Assembly (NCBI GenBank): GCA_050331735.1 | Contig: JBHJGN010000039.1 | Coordinates: forward strand, 1 to 64,000 | DNA: 64,000 bases | Source: Cyanophyceae cyanobacterium | GTDB taxonomy: Bacteria > Cyanobacteriota > Cyanobacteriia > Cyanobacteriales > JBHJGN01 | Direction of reading: 5' to 3' | Part shown: positions 1-9,575 of the stretch, one piece after another | How the letters are laid out: the number at the start of each line of letters is the position of its first letter | Numbering within the stretch: position 1 is the first letter of the stretch | Translations under genes and position numbers: made by a program | Notes under the pieces: generated by a model | Seen by the model: only the letters and a program-made list of their open reading frames with translations | Told to the model about the DNA's origin: nothing | The model's database searches: none

Positions 1-162
1 ACCCACAGGTGCCAGTGCGGTTGTGTACTTGATAGGGACGAAAACCCAGCTCGAAACATTCTCTCGCTCGGACTAAGTACGGTGGGGCACACCGGAGCTC
101 CCGCCAGTTGTTTTCCGGAGTCCAACTCCGGAAAACAACTGGCGAAAAGCTTGGGGAGATGA
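1..162 (+). CDS. tnpB: TnpB (IS200/IS605 RNA-guided endonuclease), 3' end only; gene truncated by window start
   Basis: Frame 1 reads THRCQCGCVLDRDENPARNILSLGLSTVGHTG...LGR*. This matches the TnpB C-terminal Zn-ribbon CxC plus the DRDxNAAxNI RuvC-III motif and the common cyanobacterial STVGHTG tail. Not in the ORF track. Confidence 0.88.
   Translation, partial: THRCQCGCVLDRDENPARNILSLGLSTVGHTGAPASCFPESNSGKQLAKSLGR
102..144. repeat. Perfect 20-bp inverted repeat (hairpin) inside the tnpB 3' end
   Basis: CGCCAGTTGTTTTCCGGAGT-cca-ACTCCGGAAAACAACTGGCG. Confidence 0.95.
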
Positions 163-259
163 AACCGCTATCTTGGCTGCTGAGAAGCTGTCAGGGTAAG
201 TTTTGTCTATGAACCAAGAATCCCACGTTTTTAGCGTAGCGGAAACGTGGGATTGTCAA

Positions 260-541
260 TTCCTATTGCTCTCTCTCGCTCCAGGAAGCATTTCGGGCAA
301 ATTGTCAACTATTTCCCCTCCCTGATGCCCATTGGCATTCTAAATAGCGGTGCGATTCTGTTTCCAAATGCGGGCCATCGATCTAGCGATGGTGGCTCAG
401 GTGATCGCGGTGAAGCGCACCAGTGCCCTGATTACTGTATTTCTCGGCTGTTTGGTTTTTGAAGAGCAAGGACTCAAAGAAAGAGCAACGGGAGCCGCGA
501 TAATGATTGTTGGCGTGATCTTATCCCTCTTGGGAGAGTAA
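260..541 (+). pseudogene. EamA/DMT transporter 3' fragment, IS-interrupted and frameshifted
   Basis: IPIALSRSRKHFGQIVNYFPSLMPIGILNSGAILF continues in another frame near nt 361 as FQMRAIDLAMVAQVIAVKRTSALITVFLGCLVFEEQGLKERATGAAIMIVGV, an EamA C-terminal repeat pattern; the fragment starts at the IS junction. Confidence 0.7.
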
Positions 542-657
542 GCTGGGAGAAAATTGCGTCACAGTAGAATGAAGGAACAGTACAGAGTCTGTCGTTACTG
601 TTGGCTGCTGCGGGAATTTCAACAATCGGTTCATTAAAATAGATAGAGAGGAGAACA

Positions 658-1116
658 ATGATGATAACGTTACTGCGCTCAACGGCAGGGCAGTTGCTTG
701 CTATCAGCAAGCGTTGCTTTCTTTTCGTGACGATGGCTGTGGTCCTGCTCTTAGCTACTGGCAGCCCTACTTTAGCAGCCCTCAGCGCCCAGGACCAACC
801 CCTGAGTGAGCAACAGTCGGCGCAAGCAGAAAATCTGAAACTCACTCCCGGCGGCGGACAATATTCCGGGCTGGAGCAGGTAGAATCGTCCTCCGGCAAA
901 GCGCTCAGCGATGCTGAAATTAAGCAAAAAATCCGCTCAGACATTGCAAGCAATATTGTTGTCAACAGCGCCAATGGTTCAGTGAACCTATCGGGAACCG
1001 TTGCTGACCGAGAAACAGCTCGCCGCATTGTAGAGCAGGTCAAAGAAATTCCCGGCGTCAAAGAAATTACTTTTGAGCTAGGGCTACAAACCCCCGCTGG
1101 ACAGTCAAATACCTAA
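658..1116 (+). CDS. Exported BON domain protein
   Basis: Signal-peptide-like N-terminus; BON motif SDAEIKQKI...V..ANGSVNLSGTV...VKEIPGVKEI; GAGGAG RBS upstream. Confidence 0.85.
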   Translation: MMITLLRSTAGQLLAISKRCFLFVTMAVVLLLATGSPTLAALSAQDQPLSEQQSAQAENLKLTPGGGQYSGLEQVESSSGKALSDAEIKQKIRSDIASNIVVNSANGSVNLSGTVADRETARRIVEQVKEIPGVKEITFELGLQTPAGQSNT

Positions 1117-1123
1117 AAATTCT

Positions 1124-2059
1124 ATGGCATATCAATTGAAAGCAGAGCCGATTCCAGAAGGCATCAAACGCATTGCCCACGAACGGCTGCACAACGCAAT
1201 CCAAGAGCTGGAAGGAGCCGCCGAAGATAGTCAAGGTGAAGCCGTCCACAAAGCACGCAAACGACTCAAGGAGCTGCGGGCGGTCGTGAGATTAGTCCGC
1301 GAACCCCTTGGTCAAGAGGTGTATCAGCGCGAAAACATCTGCTTCCGCGATGCTGGACGGCGGTTATCAGACGTACGCGATGCTCAGGTGTTGCTCGATA
1401 CTCTGGAGAAACTCGTCGAGCACTTTGCTGAATCTGTTGAGCCTGGCGCCTTTGAAGAGGTGCGGGGAGTATTAAAGGAACACTCTGAGTCCATTCGCCA
1501 AACCGTCCTCGAAAATGGCAACGATGTTTCTCTGGCTCTCAATAGCTTAAAAAAAGCGCAGCGCCGGGTCGATGATTGGACGCTTAAGGATGACTGGGCT
1601 GCCTTAAGTCCTGGATTGAAGAGGATTTATCAGCAGGGCTATCAAAATTTTCATCACGCCAGCAAAGAGCCAACTGCCGAGAATCTTCATGAGTGGCGCA
1701 AGCGCGTCAAAGACATGTGGTATCATACCTTGATTCTACAGCCGATTTGGGCGGGGATGATGACAGAGCTGGCTGAGCAACTGCATCAGCTATCCGACGA
1801 CTTAGGAGACGACCACGACTTGGCGGTTCTGCATCAGTTTATCAGCGATCGCGCCCAGCAGTTTCAAGATCAGGCTGAGCTAAATATCCTCACGGCACTG
1901 ATTGAGCAGCGCAGACTTCAGCTCCAGCGACACGCTAAATTACTGGGGCGACGGATCTACGCTGAAAAAGCGAAACGATTCATCAAGAGAAACACGGCGT
2001 ACTGGAAAGCCTGGCGCTCAGAAGTGAGTAATTCCCTGGTATTTGAAGCTATTCCCTAA
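1124..2059 (+). CDS. CHAD domain protein (polyphosphate-binding family)
   Basis: VHKARKRLKELRA, LSDVRDAQV, LHEWRKRVK and LGDDHDLAV CHAD motifs. Confidence 0.9.
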   Translation: MAYQLKAEPIPEGIKRIAHERLHNAIQELEGAAEDSQGEAVHKARKRLKELRAVVRLVREPLGQEVYQRENICFRDAGRRLSDVRDAQVLLDTLEKLVEHFAESVEPGAFEEVRGVLKEHSESIRQTVLENGNDVSLALNSLKKAQRRVDDWTLKDDWAALSPGLKRIYQQGYQNFHHASKEPTAENLHEWRKRVKDMWYHTLILQPIWAGMMTELAEQLHQLSDDLGDDHDLAVLHQFISDRAQQFQDQAELNILTALIEQRRLQLQRHAKLLGRRIYAEKAKRFIKRNTAYWKAWRSEVSNSLVFEAIP

Positions 2060-2155
2060 ATCAGAGCGACTTTGAAAGACTGCTGTGCTGCCGTTAGGCG
2101 ATTGGGAGTTGGAATGACAAACTAATGATTGACCACTGTTCTCTCCTGAACCCTG

Positions 2156-2905
2156 ATGATGAAATCAACAGCAGTCGTTTTTATTGTGACGAGCCTGTTA
2201 GCGGTCTCATTGGCTCTCAATCTGTATTTGGTCAAAAAATTGAGATCGGCTACGATTACCGCCAATAGTGTCCGTCTAGATCCAGTCCAGCTTAAGCGCT
2301 TTGCTCAGGATGACAAAGTGGACGAGCGACAAACCGCCGTGATTTTTGGGGATTCAAGAGCGCGAGGCTGGACAAGTCCGGATCTCAATGGCTTTCGGTT
2401 TATCAATCGCGGTATTGACGGAGAAACCTCTGCTCAAGCCGCCCTACGTTTTCGCCACCACGTTAGCAATTTGCAGCCGGACGTTGTGGTTGTGCAGATT
2501 GGAGTTAATGACCTCAGAATGCTGCCTCTGCCGCCAAAGACGGTACAAGATATTGTTGATAACTGTAAAGAAAACATCGAACAAATTGTTGAACAAGCCC
2601 AGACGATCGGGGCAACGACAGTGTTGACCACCATTTTTCCTCTGGGTCAAGGAGGTCTTTCCTTGGAGAGACAGTTAACGTGGAACAGCATTGATCAGAT
2701 GGAAGCGGCGATCGCGGAAGTTAATGACTACATTCGCTCTCTGGGCAACCGCGAGAATGTTGTTGTTTTTGATGCCTATAGCCTACTGGAGAAGGACGGT
2801 AAAACCATTGATCGATACGCCAAGGATTTGTTGCACATCAGAGCGCAGGGATATGAAAAGCTCAATCAGGAGCTAGCCCAAACTCTAGCACGATTGGAAC
2901 AGTAG
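2156..2905 (+). CDS. SGNH/GDSL hydrolase with N-terminal membrane anchor
   Basis: FGDS, NRGIDG, GVND and DLLH blocks. Confidence 0.9.
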   Translation: MMKSTAVVFIVTSLLAVSLALNLYLVKKLRSATITANSVRLDPVQLKRFAQDDKVDERQTAVIFGDSRARGWTSPDLNGFRFINRGIDGETSAQAALRFRHHVSNLQPDVVVVQIGVNDLRMLPLPPKTVQDIVDNCKENIEQIVEQAQTIGATTVLTTIFPLGQGGLSLERQLTWNSIDQMEAAIAEVNDYIRSLGNRENVVVFDAYSLLEKDGKTIDRYAKDLLHIRAQGYEKLNQELAQTLARLEQ

Positions 2906-3037
2906 CCCATGTTGTTACAGAAACATGGTACGTAGTACCTGGAAATATCACAATTGTTGAAGGAGCAAAGGACACGGTAACAGCCGGAAAATCAACCATC
3001 AACAAACAAGCGAAAGTGTTCCTCTCGTAACTGAGAA

Positions 3038-3646
3038 CTACTGTTTACGAGCAACAATCTGAAATAGATGCCAGTGCTTTTCTTGTCCGGTGGCGGTTTT
3101 GCCGGGGTGCTCTTCTTCTTCGAGCAGAACAATCTCAAACGGCTGTAGCATGTCTTCTACCTGTTGCCGACTGTGGTGAGTCAGCGACAGATAAACAGCC
3201 CACGAATCGCGATCGCCAAACAGTTGACCGCAAAATACCCCCCCGGTCCGCAAGGAGGTGACAATATTGTGCCACAGAGTCGGAAATGCGGCAGGAGGAC
3301 AAAAAGGCAGCGAAAAGCTAGCGTTAATTAGGTCCGCTGCTGGCAACTGTAACGCCTCGAAGCGAACAACTTGAGTTTTCAAGTGAGCCGTATTGATATC
3401 AGGACGCTGAAGCAGGCGAGTAATGCCTTCGGCTTCGCCATCAACCGCTAACACGTGCCATCCCCGTCGCAGGAGTTCAACTGTATCTCGTCCATCTCCG
3501 CAGCCAATATCAACCGCCATTCCGGGTTCGGGAGCCATTTCTAGAGCTTTGATCAGCGTATCTCTAGGCGGACGACCTTTGATGGCATCATAGTATTCTT
3601 CCCAGTCAGGCTGAAAATCTGGTTCTGCTTGTGCGTCGGGCGACAT
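3038..3646 (-). CDS. Class I SAM-dependent methyltransferase
   Basis: VDIGCGDG motif I; TehB-like size. Confidence 0.88.
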   Translation of the reverse strand: MSPDAQAEPDFQPDWEEYYDAIKGRPPRDTLIKALEMAPEPGMAVDIGCGDGRDTVELLRRGWHVLAVDGEAEGITRLLQRPDINTAHLKTQVVRFEALQLPAADLINASFSLPFCPPAAFPTLWHNIVTSLRTGGVFCGQLFGDRDSWAVYLSLTHHSRQQVEDMLQPFEIVLLEEEEHPGKTATGQEKHWHLFQIVARKQ

Positions 3647-3726
3647 TGGGGTAAAAGGTTGATGAGTTTCTCCTACATTAGCTGGATTTGAACGCTCTTA
3701 GCTACAGCATACAAAAAGCTAACAGC

Positions 3727-4602
3727 TTATTTCTGACAAAAACCCAGAATTTCATCAGCTACCGCTTGAGGAGCCTCCCAGTGCGGTGTATGACCCGTGT
3801 TGAGCCATACTAACCGGGAGTGGGCGATCGCTTTCCTAAACTTATCCGCATCGGCTGTCCCCAGTACATCATCTCTTCTTCCCCACAGAATCAGCGTTGG
3901 CTTTTTCACTCTGGTAATTTTGTCTGCTAGCTGATAATACCCACCGCTGTTGAGGAAGCGAGTCATGCTTTGCTCCCACAACGGCATTTCCGAAGGCAGT
4001 GCGGCGCAGCGAATCGCGTTGATTAAATTTTCTTCCATCCCAATTAGGTTGCCCCAAAAAAGGCTCTGTAGCCGTCGCTGTCGCCAAAACTCAACCGCAA
4101 CGGTATCGAACGGAGGCACAAGCCATTGGCCAATGGGATAGCTTCCCGTGTAGCCTACAGAATTAATCAGCACCAGCTTTCGGACTGCTTGCGGGTAGGC
4201 GAGAGTAAAATCGATGGCTGCGGCTCCTCCCATTGAGGCTCCCACCAGCACAAGAGGCTGATTAATCAGAGATTTCCAGAAACAGTATAGGTGCGTTCTA
4301 ATGCTGCCAGGATTGTAGGTAATATTCGAGTACCGTTCCGTAAAGCCAAACCCAAGTAGATCTATCGCCCAAGTTTCGTGTTGGGAACTGAGGAGAGGGA
4401 CGAGACGGCGAAATTCTAAGACGGAACTATCAAATCCATGCAGAAGAAGAATTGGCGGCGCGTTGTTTTCTTCTCGGATGTAGGCAGTATCAACGGGTTG
4501 ATAGGGAGTGGGAATCGGCTGACGCTGAAGCTGTTTTGCTAGGGCGATCGCGCTTGGCTCTGTCAGTAAGTTGACATTCCGGGGAAGAAAATCAGGAAAC
4601 AT
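3727..4602 (-). CDS. Alpha/beta fold hydrolase
   Basis: LLHGF, GASMGG nucleophile elbow, GHTPH. Confidence 0.9.
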   Translation of the reverse strand: MFPDFLPRNVNLLTEPSAIALAKQLQRQPIPTPYQPVDTAYIREENNAPPILLLHGFDSSVLEFRRLVPLLSSQHETWAIDLLGFGFTERYSNITYNPGSIRTHLYCFWKSLINQPLVLVGASMGGAAAIDFTLAYPQAVRKLVLINSVGYTGSYPIGQWLVPPFDTVAVEFWRQRRLQSLFWGNLIGMEENLINAIRCAALPSEMPLWEQSMTRFLNSGGYYQLADKITRVKKPTLILWGRRDDVLGTADADKFRKAIAHSRLVWLNTGHTPHWEAPQAVADEILGFCQK

Positions 4603-4704
4603 CCTACTAGTTTATAAACTCCTGCACCTGAAATAGTCGTTATCTAATTTCTCTGCAACCCAAAAATACTCTAGACCAATAAAATCCCTCACCGGAGCCA
4701 TGAG

Positions 4705-5382
4705 TTAGCTTTTGCATACCGAGTAAATCCAGGCGACATATCGTGAGACTCTTGTGTAATATTCAACGGCATCGTAAAACCCATAGGCTTCGTCTTTGTG
4801 ATCTTGCCAGGAACTCACACCCGCAATTAAAAGCTTGCCTTGCTCATCAATTAGTGCCGGACCACCACTGTCGCCGATACCAGATACTCCCTCAAGGGAA
4901 GTGCCATTGGGTGGCGCGTCAAAGCGAAATTTGAGCCAGTAATTGTCAACTTCATCAATTAAATTTGTCGCTTTGCGAAGCTTTTTATCTGTCCCAATTG
5001 TCCCTCTTTGACCATTTCCATAGTCGCCTCGACCAAACAGCAGCACTTCCTTCCCTAATTCGGTTTCGCCTGTGTACAAGTCATAGGTACTCACCTCATC
5101 TACGGGTAAACTAAGCTTGACGAGTGCAATGTCGTCTACATCCCCTGGCTGCTCTCCGACAAAATCTGGATGTAGCACGACTTGTTCAATCGTGTACTTA
5201 TAATCAGCGATCGCTATCGTATGATTATCAGGAATGTTTCTGGCGGTGTGTGCGGCAGTAAGAATCCATAATGGAGCAATCAGTGTTCCGGCACCGTCGC
5301 CATTAAAAAAGGTGATAATGCCTTGATAATCGCTTTCATTAACGAGGGAATTTTGGTCTGGAACATCATGCCGAATAATCAT
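4705..5382 (-). CDS. Trypsin-like (S1) serine protease
   Basis: LTAAH, DIAL and GDSGGP catalytic triad motifs. Confidence 0.9.
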   Translation of the reverse strand: MIIRHDVPDQNSLVNESDYQGIITFFNGDGAGTLIAPLWILTAAHTARNIPDNHTIAIADYKYTIEQVVLHPDFVGEQPGDVDDIALVKLSLPVDEVSTYDLYTGETELGKEVLLFGRGDYGNGQRGTIGTDKKLRKATNLIDEVDNYWLKFRFDAPPNGTSLEGVSGIGDSGGPALIDEQGKLLIAGVSSWQDHKDEAYGFYDAVEYYTRVSRYVAWIYSVCKS

Positions 5383-5480
5383 GCTGACAACTTATATTTA
5401 CATAATTTTATACGCTACAAAAATTTAGGTAACAAATATCAGCTCACTTCGAGCTGTTTACTACTATCCAAGCAGAAGAA

Positions 5481-6929
5481 TTACACCGGACTTTTCCCTC
5501 GTCCCTGCATCAGCTTCGCGCTTAATTCTTCTCGAATCCGATTGAGAATCGAAGTTTCATCGAGAGATTCTAGAATGTGGTTGACCACGGCTTTGGGTCC
5601 ATGCGGTCCCCAAGAGGCTCCGTTAGCTAGATAAACCTTACTGGCCTGGGCGATCGCGTAGGTAGATACGCCCGCTACTCCGGCTTGAGTGACGGCAATG
5701 GAAACGTAGGGCGCTAAGGATAGACCGCCAGTAGCGGGAGCCGATAGCCCGAGTAATCCTTTGAGAGAGCTTAATCCTAACGTTGCCAGAAATTCGCTGG
5801 CGCTGATGCCGCCGAGGGCGATCGCAATCTTCTGAAGCAGTCCGAGCGCCGCCTGCTGGGTCATCGGAATTCCGTAGAGGCGGGATAGGGCCAAGATGAT
5901 CGCCACGTCAATGACGGCTCCGGTAAACAGGTCGATGACCGTGACCGGATTGAGAGCCACCGCAACGGCTTTGGTCATTACCCCTTTATGAATCACCTGG
6001 TTAGCGGCTTCCTCACGAATTTCCAGCTTGCGCTGTAGCACTTGTTCGTGAACCTCGTCGGCGTAGAGCATCGTGTTGAGAGCCACCAGAGATTTTCCTT
6101 CTCGGTGCAGGATCTCTAAAATTTTGAGCTTGAGAGCTTCAATTTGTGGCTGACCCCGATGACGCTGCATCTTCACTGAGCCATCTTGACCGCGCACTGC
6201 CTCTGTGACTAAAGGAGCCGCCGATATCATGACAATTTCTTCTGGGGACAGCAGTTGGCGGACTCGCTCATCGGCAATTTTGCGGTAGATAGCCTCGCGA
6301 TCGGCTTCGGGGTACTGATCGATCTTGTTAAATACCAGCACCATCGGCTTGCCCACTTCCCGCAGTTGAGATAGAGCCGTGTATTCAACGTTGGTCAGAT
6401 CTCCCGCAATCACAAACAGAATCAGATCCACCTGCTGGGCAATCTGGCGAGCCAGTGCTTCGCGGGTTTCTCCATCAACTTCGTCAATTCCTGGAGTATC
6501 GATAAGCTGAATCTGAGAGTTACCGATTCCGGGAAGGGCAATTCGCTGTACGCCTTGGGGTTCTGAGCCATTGGCCGCAATATGCCAGTTGGCGCTCTCT
6601 ACGCTGCGAGTCACGCCGTGTAACGGGCCAACGGTAAATACCTCCTGACCGAGTAGGGCGTTCAGGAGCGAAGATTTTCCCCGTCCCACCATGCCAAAGG
6701 CCGCAATCTGCACGACAGACTGTTCTAATTTGTCTAGCATGGTGGTTAAGTGGCTAATCTGGGACTCTAACCCGGCCTGTTCTTGGGCAGTTAGGTCTAG
6801 ATGAGTGACCAGATTTCTTAAAGAATCCTGAGCTTGTCTATAGTTCAGGTCTTCCTGAATCTCGCCAAACCCGGAAATAGTCTGGTCTAGTTCTTCTTGG
6901 TTCCAATTGTCGAGGAATAAGTCAGCCAA
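5481..6929 (-). CDS. Era/MMR_HSR1-like GTPase with C-terminal DUF697 membrane region
   Basis: GMVGRGKSS, DTPG and NKID G-motifs; hydrophobic C-terminus; TTG start is uncertain. Confidence 0.85.
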   Translation of the reverse strand: MADLFLDNWNQEELDQTISGFGEIQEDLNYRQAQDSLRNLVTHLDLTAQEQAGLESQISHLTTMLDKLEQSVVQIAAFGMVGRGKSSLLNALLGQEVFTVGPLHGVTRSVESANWHIAANGSEPQGVQRIALPGIGNSQIQLIDTPGIDEVDGETREALARQIAQQVDLILFVIAGDLTNVEYTALSQLREVGKPMVLVFNKIDQYPEADREAIYRKIADERVRQLLSPEEIVMISAAPLVTEAVRGQDGSVKMQRHRGQPQIEALKLKILEILHREGKSLVALNTMLYADEVHEQVLQRKLEIREEAANQVIHKGVMTKAVAVALNPVTVIDLFTGAVIDVAIILALSRLYGIPMTQQAALGLLQKIAIALGGISASEFLATLGLSSLKGLLGLSAPATGGLSLAPYVSIAVTQAGVAGVSTYAIAQASKVYLANGASWGPHGPKAVVNHILESLDETSILNRIREELSAKLMQGRGKSPV

Positions 6930-7081
6930 AATATTTCCCCACTGAAGAGTAAATGGATAAATTAGAGCTATAGGAATCTACGACGATCCTAACCACTTTC
7001 TTATCGGCAACGTCAGCAGTGATATTGCTCTTAAGAGCTGTCGGCGACTGGCTTGCTAGTTTAATTACGTAGTTCAGCAGG

Positions 7082-7348
7082 GTGAGCGTGACTCAGTATT
7101 TACCAGAAACGACGGCTTACGTCCGCATAACTAAGCAATCGTGGCAGCAGGGACAAATTGAGGGGGAAGTGAGAGCCTCTGCCTATGAGTGGCAGTTTCA
7201 GTGGTGTTTCCGACAAGGACAGCTCTCTTTGCAGCCTTCTTTGGGTCGGGCTTTGATTCAGGAACCCCTCGGTCGCTTTCTAGAACGCTATGACTACCAG
7301 CTTGAACCGGGAGGCGATTATGAATTTACCGTCAGAGCCGATCTTTAA
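7082..7348 (+). CDS. Conserved cyanobacterial protein (DUF3146-like)
   Basis: LPETTAYVRIT...PSLGRALI...DYQLEPGGDY recognised from memory of the family. Confidence 0.75.
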   Translation: MSVTQYLPETTAYVRITKQSWQQGQIEGEVRASAYEWQFQWCFRQGQLSLQPSLGRALIQEPLGRFLERYDYQLEPGGDYEFTVRADL

Positions 7349-7392
7349 GAGCGGTCATTAGAATAGAAATCTGTCTTAAAAATCTGTTAAGT

Positions 7393-7776
7393 ATGAGCCA
7401 AACCGCCAACAATCTTAAAGCTATTGACGATGAGCTATCTAAACGCCACATCGATCTCGATCCGGGAGGATACTTTATTATTTATCTAGACCGAGAACAA
7501 GAGCTAATCTGTGCCAAGCTGTTCTCAAACGTCATTAACGAGCAGGGGTTAGCGGTTGACCCCGAAACGGGAAAAGTAATTCCCGCCAAGGGGAAAGTGA
7601 ACAGAACCGCCGAAACGGTTTTTACGGGCAGAACCGCTAAAGAACTCTGTGTCAAAATTTTTGAGCAAACTCATCCAAGTCCCGTCACCATGCTAGACCA
7701 CGCTGCCTACCTCGGACGGGAATTGACGCGAGCTGAGCTTGCCCTAGTGAACGCTCAAGAATACGTTCAGGATTAA
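7393..7776 (+). CDS. DUF4346 domain protein
   Basis: LDPGGYFII...HAAYLGREL...YVQD; stop overlaps the convergent psb32 stop (TTAA). Confidence 0.85.
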   Translation: MSQTANNLKAIDDELSKRHIDLDPGGYFIIYLDREQELICAKLFSNVINEQGLAVDPETGKVIPAKGKVNRTAETVFTGRTAKELCVKIFEQTHPSPVTMLDHAAYLGRELTRAELALVNAQEYVQD

Positions 7777-8486
7777 TTACTGGCGTAGAGGAAGTACGTT
7801 GCCATCGGAATGACGGTCGCCAGCACTAACAACACGACGACCCAAACGGTGGCGCTTCCTTGCTTGGTGTCTTCAGCGGCGGTAAACGTTCCTTCTGTGT
7901 TAAGAACCTCCTTCACTTCAGGAGGACCGGGATCTTCTTGCCCAGAAAGAACGGCGACCAACCGATCTTTAGCGGCTAAGAAAGCCTGGTTGTACTTGTC
8001 GCCTTCCCGCAGAGGAACACCAATCGTATCCGCCGCAACACTTTGAGCAATATTATCTGGCATCACGGCTTTCACGGCAACTCCGGTGCGAATAGCCACG
8101 TTATTGGTGAGGGTCTCTAGCACCAGGAGCGTAGCGTTTGCCTGGGTGTCTGGTGCGGGGAACCAGCGCTCGAATAGTTTTTCAGCGAGACTATCGACAG
8201 TTTCGCCGTAGTCGAGACGGCGAATCGCTACGAGTTTAACATCATTGCCAGACTGGGATTGTAAATCGCCGAGGGCGGCGTTCAGTTGACCCTCATTGAT
8301 GCGGCTAATAACCTCTGCTTGATCAACCACCCAAACCGAACTATCAGGTCCGAGATTGGGAAGATCTGCTATTCCGGTCGCAGAGGCTGGTGCTGCGATC
8401 GTGCCTGTGACCAGCAACACGGGGAACAAAACCGCAATGAGCCGTTGTCGAGCGAGGCGAGTTATGTTAAGTAAAATACGAATCAT
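7773..8486 (-). CDS. psb32: Photosystem II repair protein Psb32 (TPM domain)
   Basis: Signal peptide, VVDQAEVISR, RRLDYG, DPGPP, C-terminal TM ending ATVIPMATY; likely start is ATG 8486, not 8579. Confidence 0.85.
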   Translation of the reverse strand: MIRILLNITRLARQRLIAVLFPVLLVTGTIAAPASATGIADLPNLGPDSSVWVVDQAEVISRINEGQLNAALGDLQSQSGNDVKLVAIRRLDYGETVDSLAEKLFERWFPAPDTQANATLLVLETLTNNVAIRTGVAVKAVMPDNIAQSVAADTIGVPLREGDKYNQAFLAAKDRLVAVLSGQEDPGPPEVKEVLNTEGTFTAAEDTKQGSATVWVVVLLVLATVIPMATYFLYASN

Positions 8487-8763
8487 TATTATTAATTCCG
8501 ACACTAATTTAGGATCGTCGATAGCGGCAGCAAGGCTTTTTGTAAAAACCTGCCTTAGGACAAGCGAATCCTGAAGCAAAATCTAACTTGAGGATGACCT
8601 CATCGCTGCATACAGAGGGGTCTAGTACGTGTTTGATTGAGTTTAATGAACTTTTCTAACACTCCAGCTTAATCTCGTCTTGGAGCTACCCGTCCTTTCC
8701 TAAAATAATTTTAATCTTTGACAGATTCTAAGATCTCTAAAATTTAACGAAGAGAGGAAAAAT

Positions 8764-9279
8764 ATGGCAGATCCAAGAGATATGGAGGTGGTCGGTCCTT
8801 ATCAGGGCGACCCTCAACTCGGTCATTTATCAACACCCATTACAGATTCTGCATTTACTAAAGCCTTTGTCAATAATTTACCTGCCTACCGTACTGGAGT
8901 TTCCCCTCTCATACGGGGATTGGAGGTTGGCTTGGCCCACGGTTATTTCCTAGTTGGTCCTTGGGTTTTGTTTGGACCCCTGAGAGACTACTCCGAAACA
9001 GCCTACATAGGAGGATTGATCTCAGCTATTGGGTTGATTCTCATTGCTACAGCTTCTATGTCAGTTTATGGTTTAGTTTCTTTCCCAAAAGATAATTCCC
9101 AGGTTTCTTATCTACAGGATAATCCCCAGGCTCCTGACGATCTGAAAACGACTCAAGGCTGGAGCCAGTTTACGGGAGGATTTTTCGTCGGCGCAATGGG
9201 GGGTGCTTTCGTTGCCTACTTTTTGTTGGAAAACTTCTCGACTCTAGACGATATTATTAGAGGAATAGTCAATAGCTAG
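8764..9279 (+). CDS. psaL: Photosystem I reaction centre subunit XI
   Basis: GHLSTPI, NNLPAYR, RGLEVGLAHGYFL, GPLRD, GWSQFTGGFF. Confidence 0.97.
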   Translation: MADPRDMEVVGPYQGDPQLGHLSTPITDSAFTKAFVNNLPAYRTGVSPLIRGLEVGLAHGYFLVGPWVLFGPLRDYSETAYIGGLISAIGLILIATASMSVYGLVSFPKDNSQVSYLQDNPQAPDDLKTTQGWSQFTGGFFVGAMGGAFVAYFLLENFSTLDDIIRGIVNS

Positions 9280-9321
9280 AGTTGACTTGCAGTTATTAAA
9301 TAGTAGAAAGGAACTTTTGTT

Positions 9322-9438
9322 ATGTCAGCAGAATATGCCGCTTCTTTCTTGCCCTGGATTTTGATCCCTGTGGTTTGTTGGCTTTTGCCCGCTGTGGTAT
9401 TCGGCCTTTTATTCATTTATATCGAAAGTGAAACTTGA
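9322..9438 (+). CDS. psaI: Photosystem I subunit VIII (38 aa, below ORF-track cutoff)
   Basis: Hand translation [38 protein letters not shown]; directly after psaL. Confidence 0.95.
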   Translation: MSAEYAASFLPWILIPVVCWLLPAVVFGLLFIYIESET

Positions 9439-9540
9439 AGGAATCTCGGCCAAGTCGCCTCGGAACTATCGTTAATTCCGAGTTGGTTTTGAGCTTGCTC
9501 TAAGCAACCGCCGAATTCAAGCTCCAGCAAAACTTTGAGG

Positions 9541-9571
9541 AAAATACTCCACCTAGCGTGGAGTATTTTTT
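9541..9571. terminator. Probable bidirectional intrinsic terminator
   Basis: AAAATACTCCAC-ctagc-GTGGAGTATTTT plus T run, between convergent psaI and the queA-like gene. Confidence 0.8.
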
Positions 9572-9575
9572 GTTG

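Larger units (their letters stand above)
1..259 (+). mobile_element. IS200/IS605-family element, right end
   Basis: tnpB tail is followed by a subterminal hairpin AATCCCACGTTT(219-230)/AAACGTGGGATT(243-254) and terminal TCAA (256-259), the typical IS605 right-end layout. Confidence 0.85.

Noticed and set aside
8764..9438. psaL-psaI as part of a far-red photoacclimation cluster
   Set aside because: No psaA2/B2, chlF, apc or rfp genes nearby; ordinary psaL-psaI arrangement
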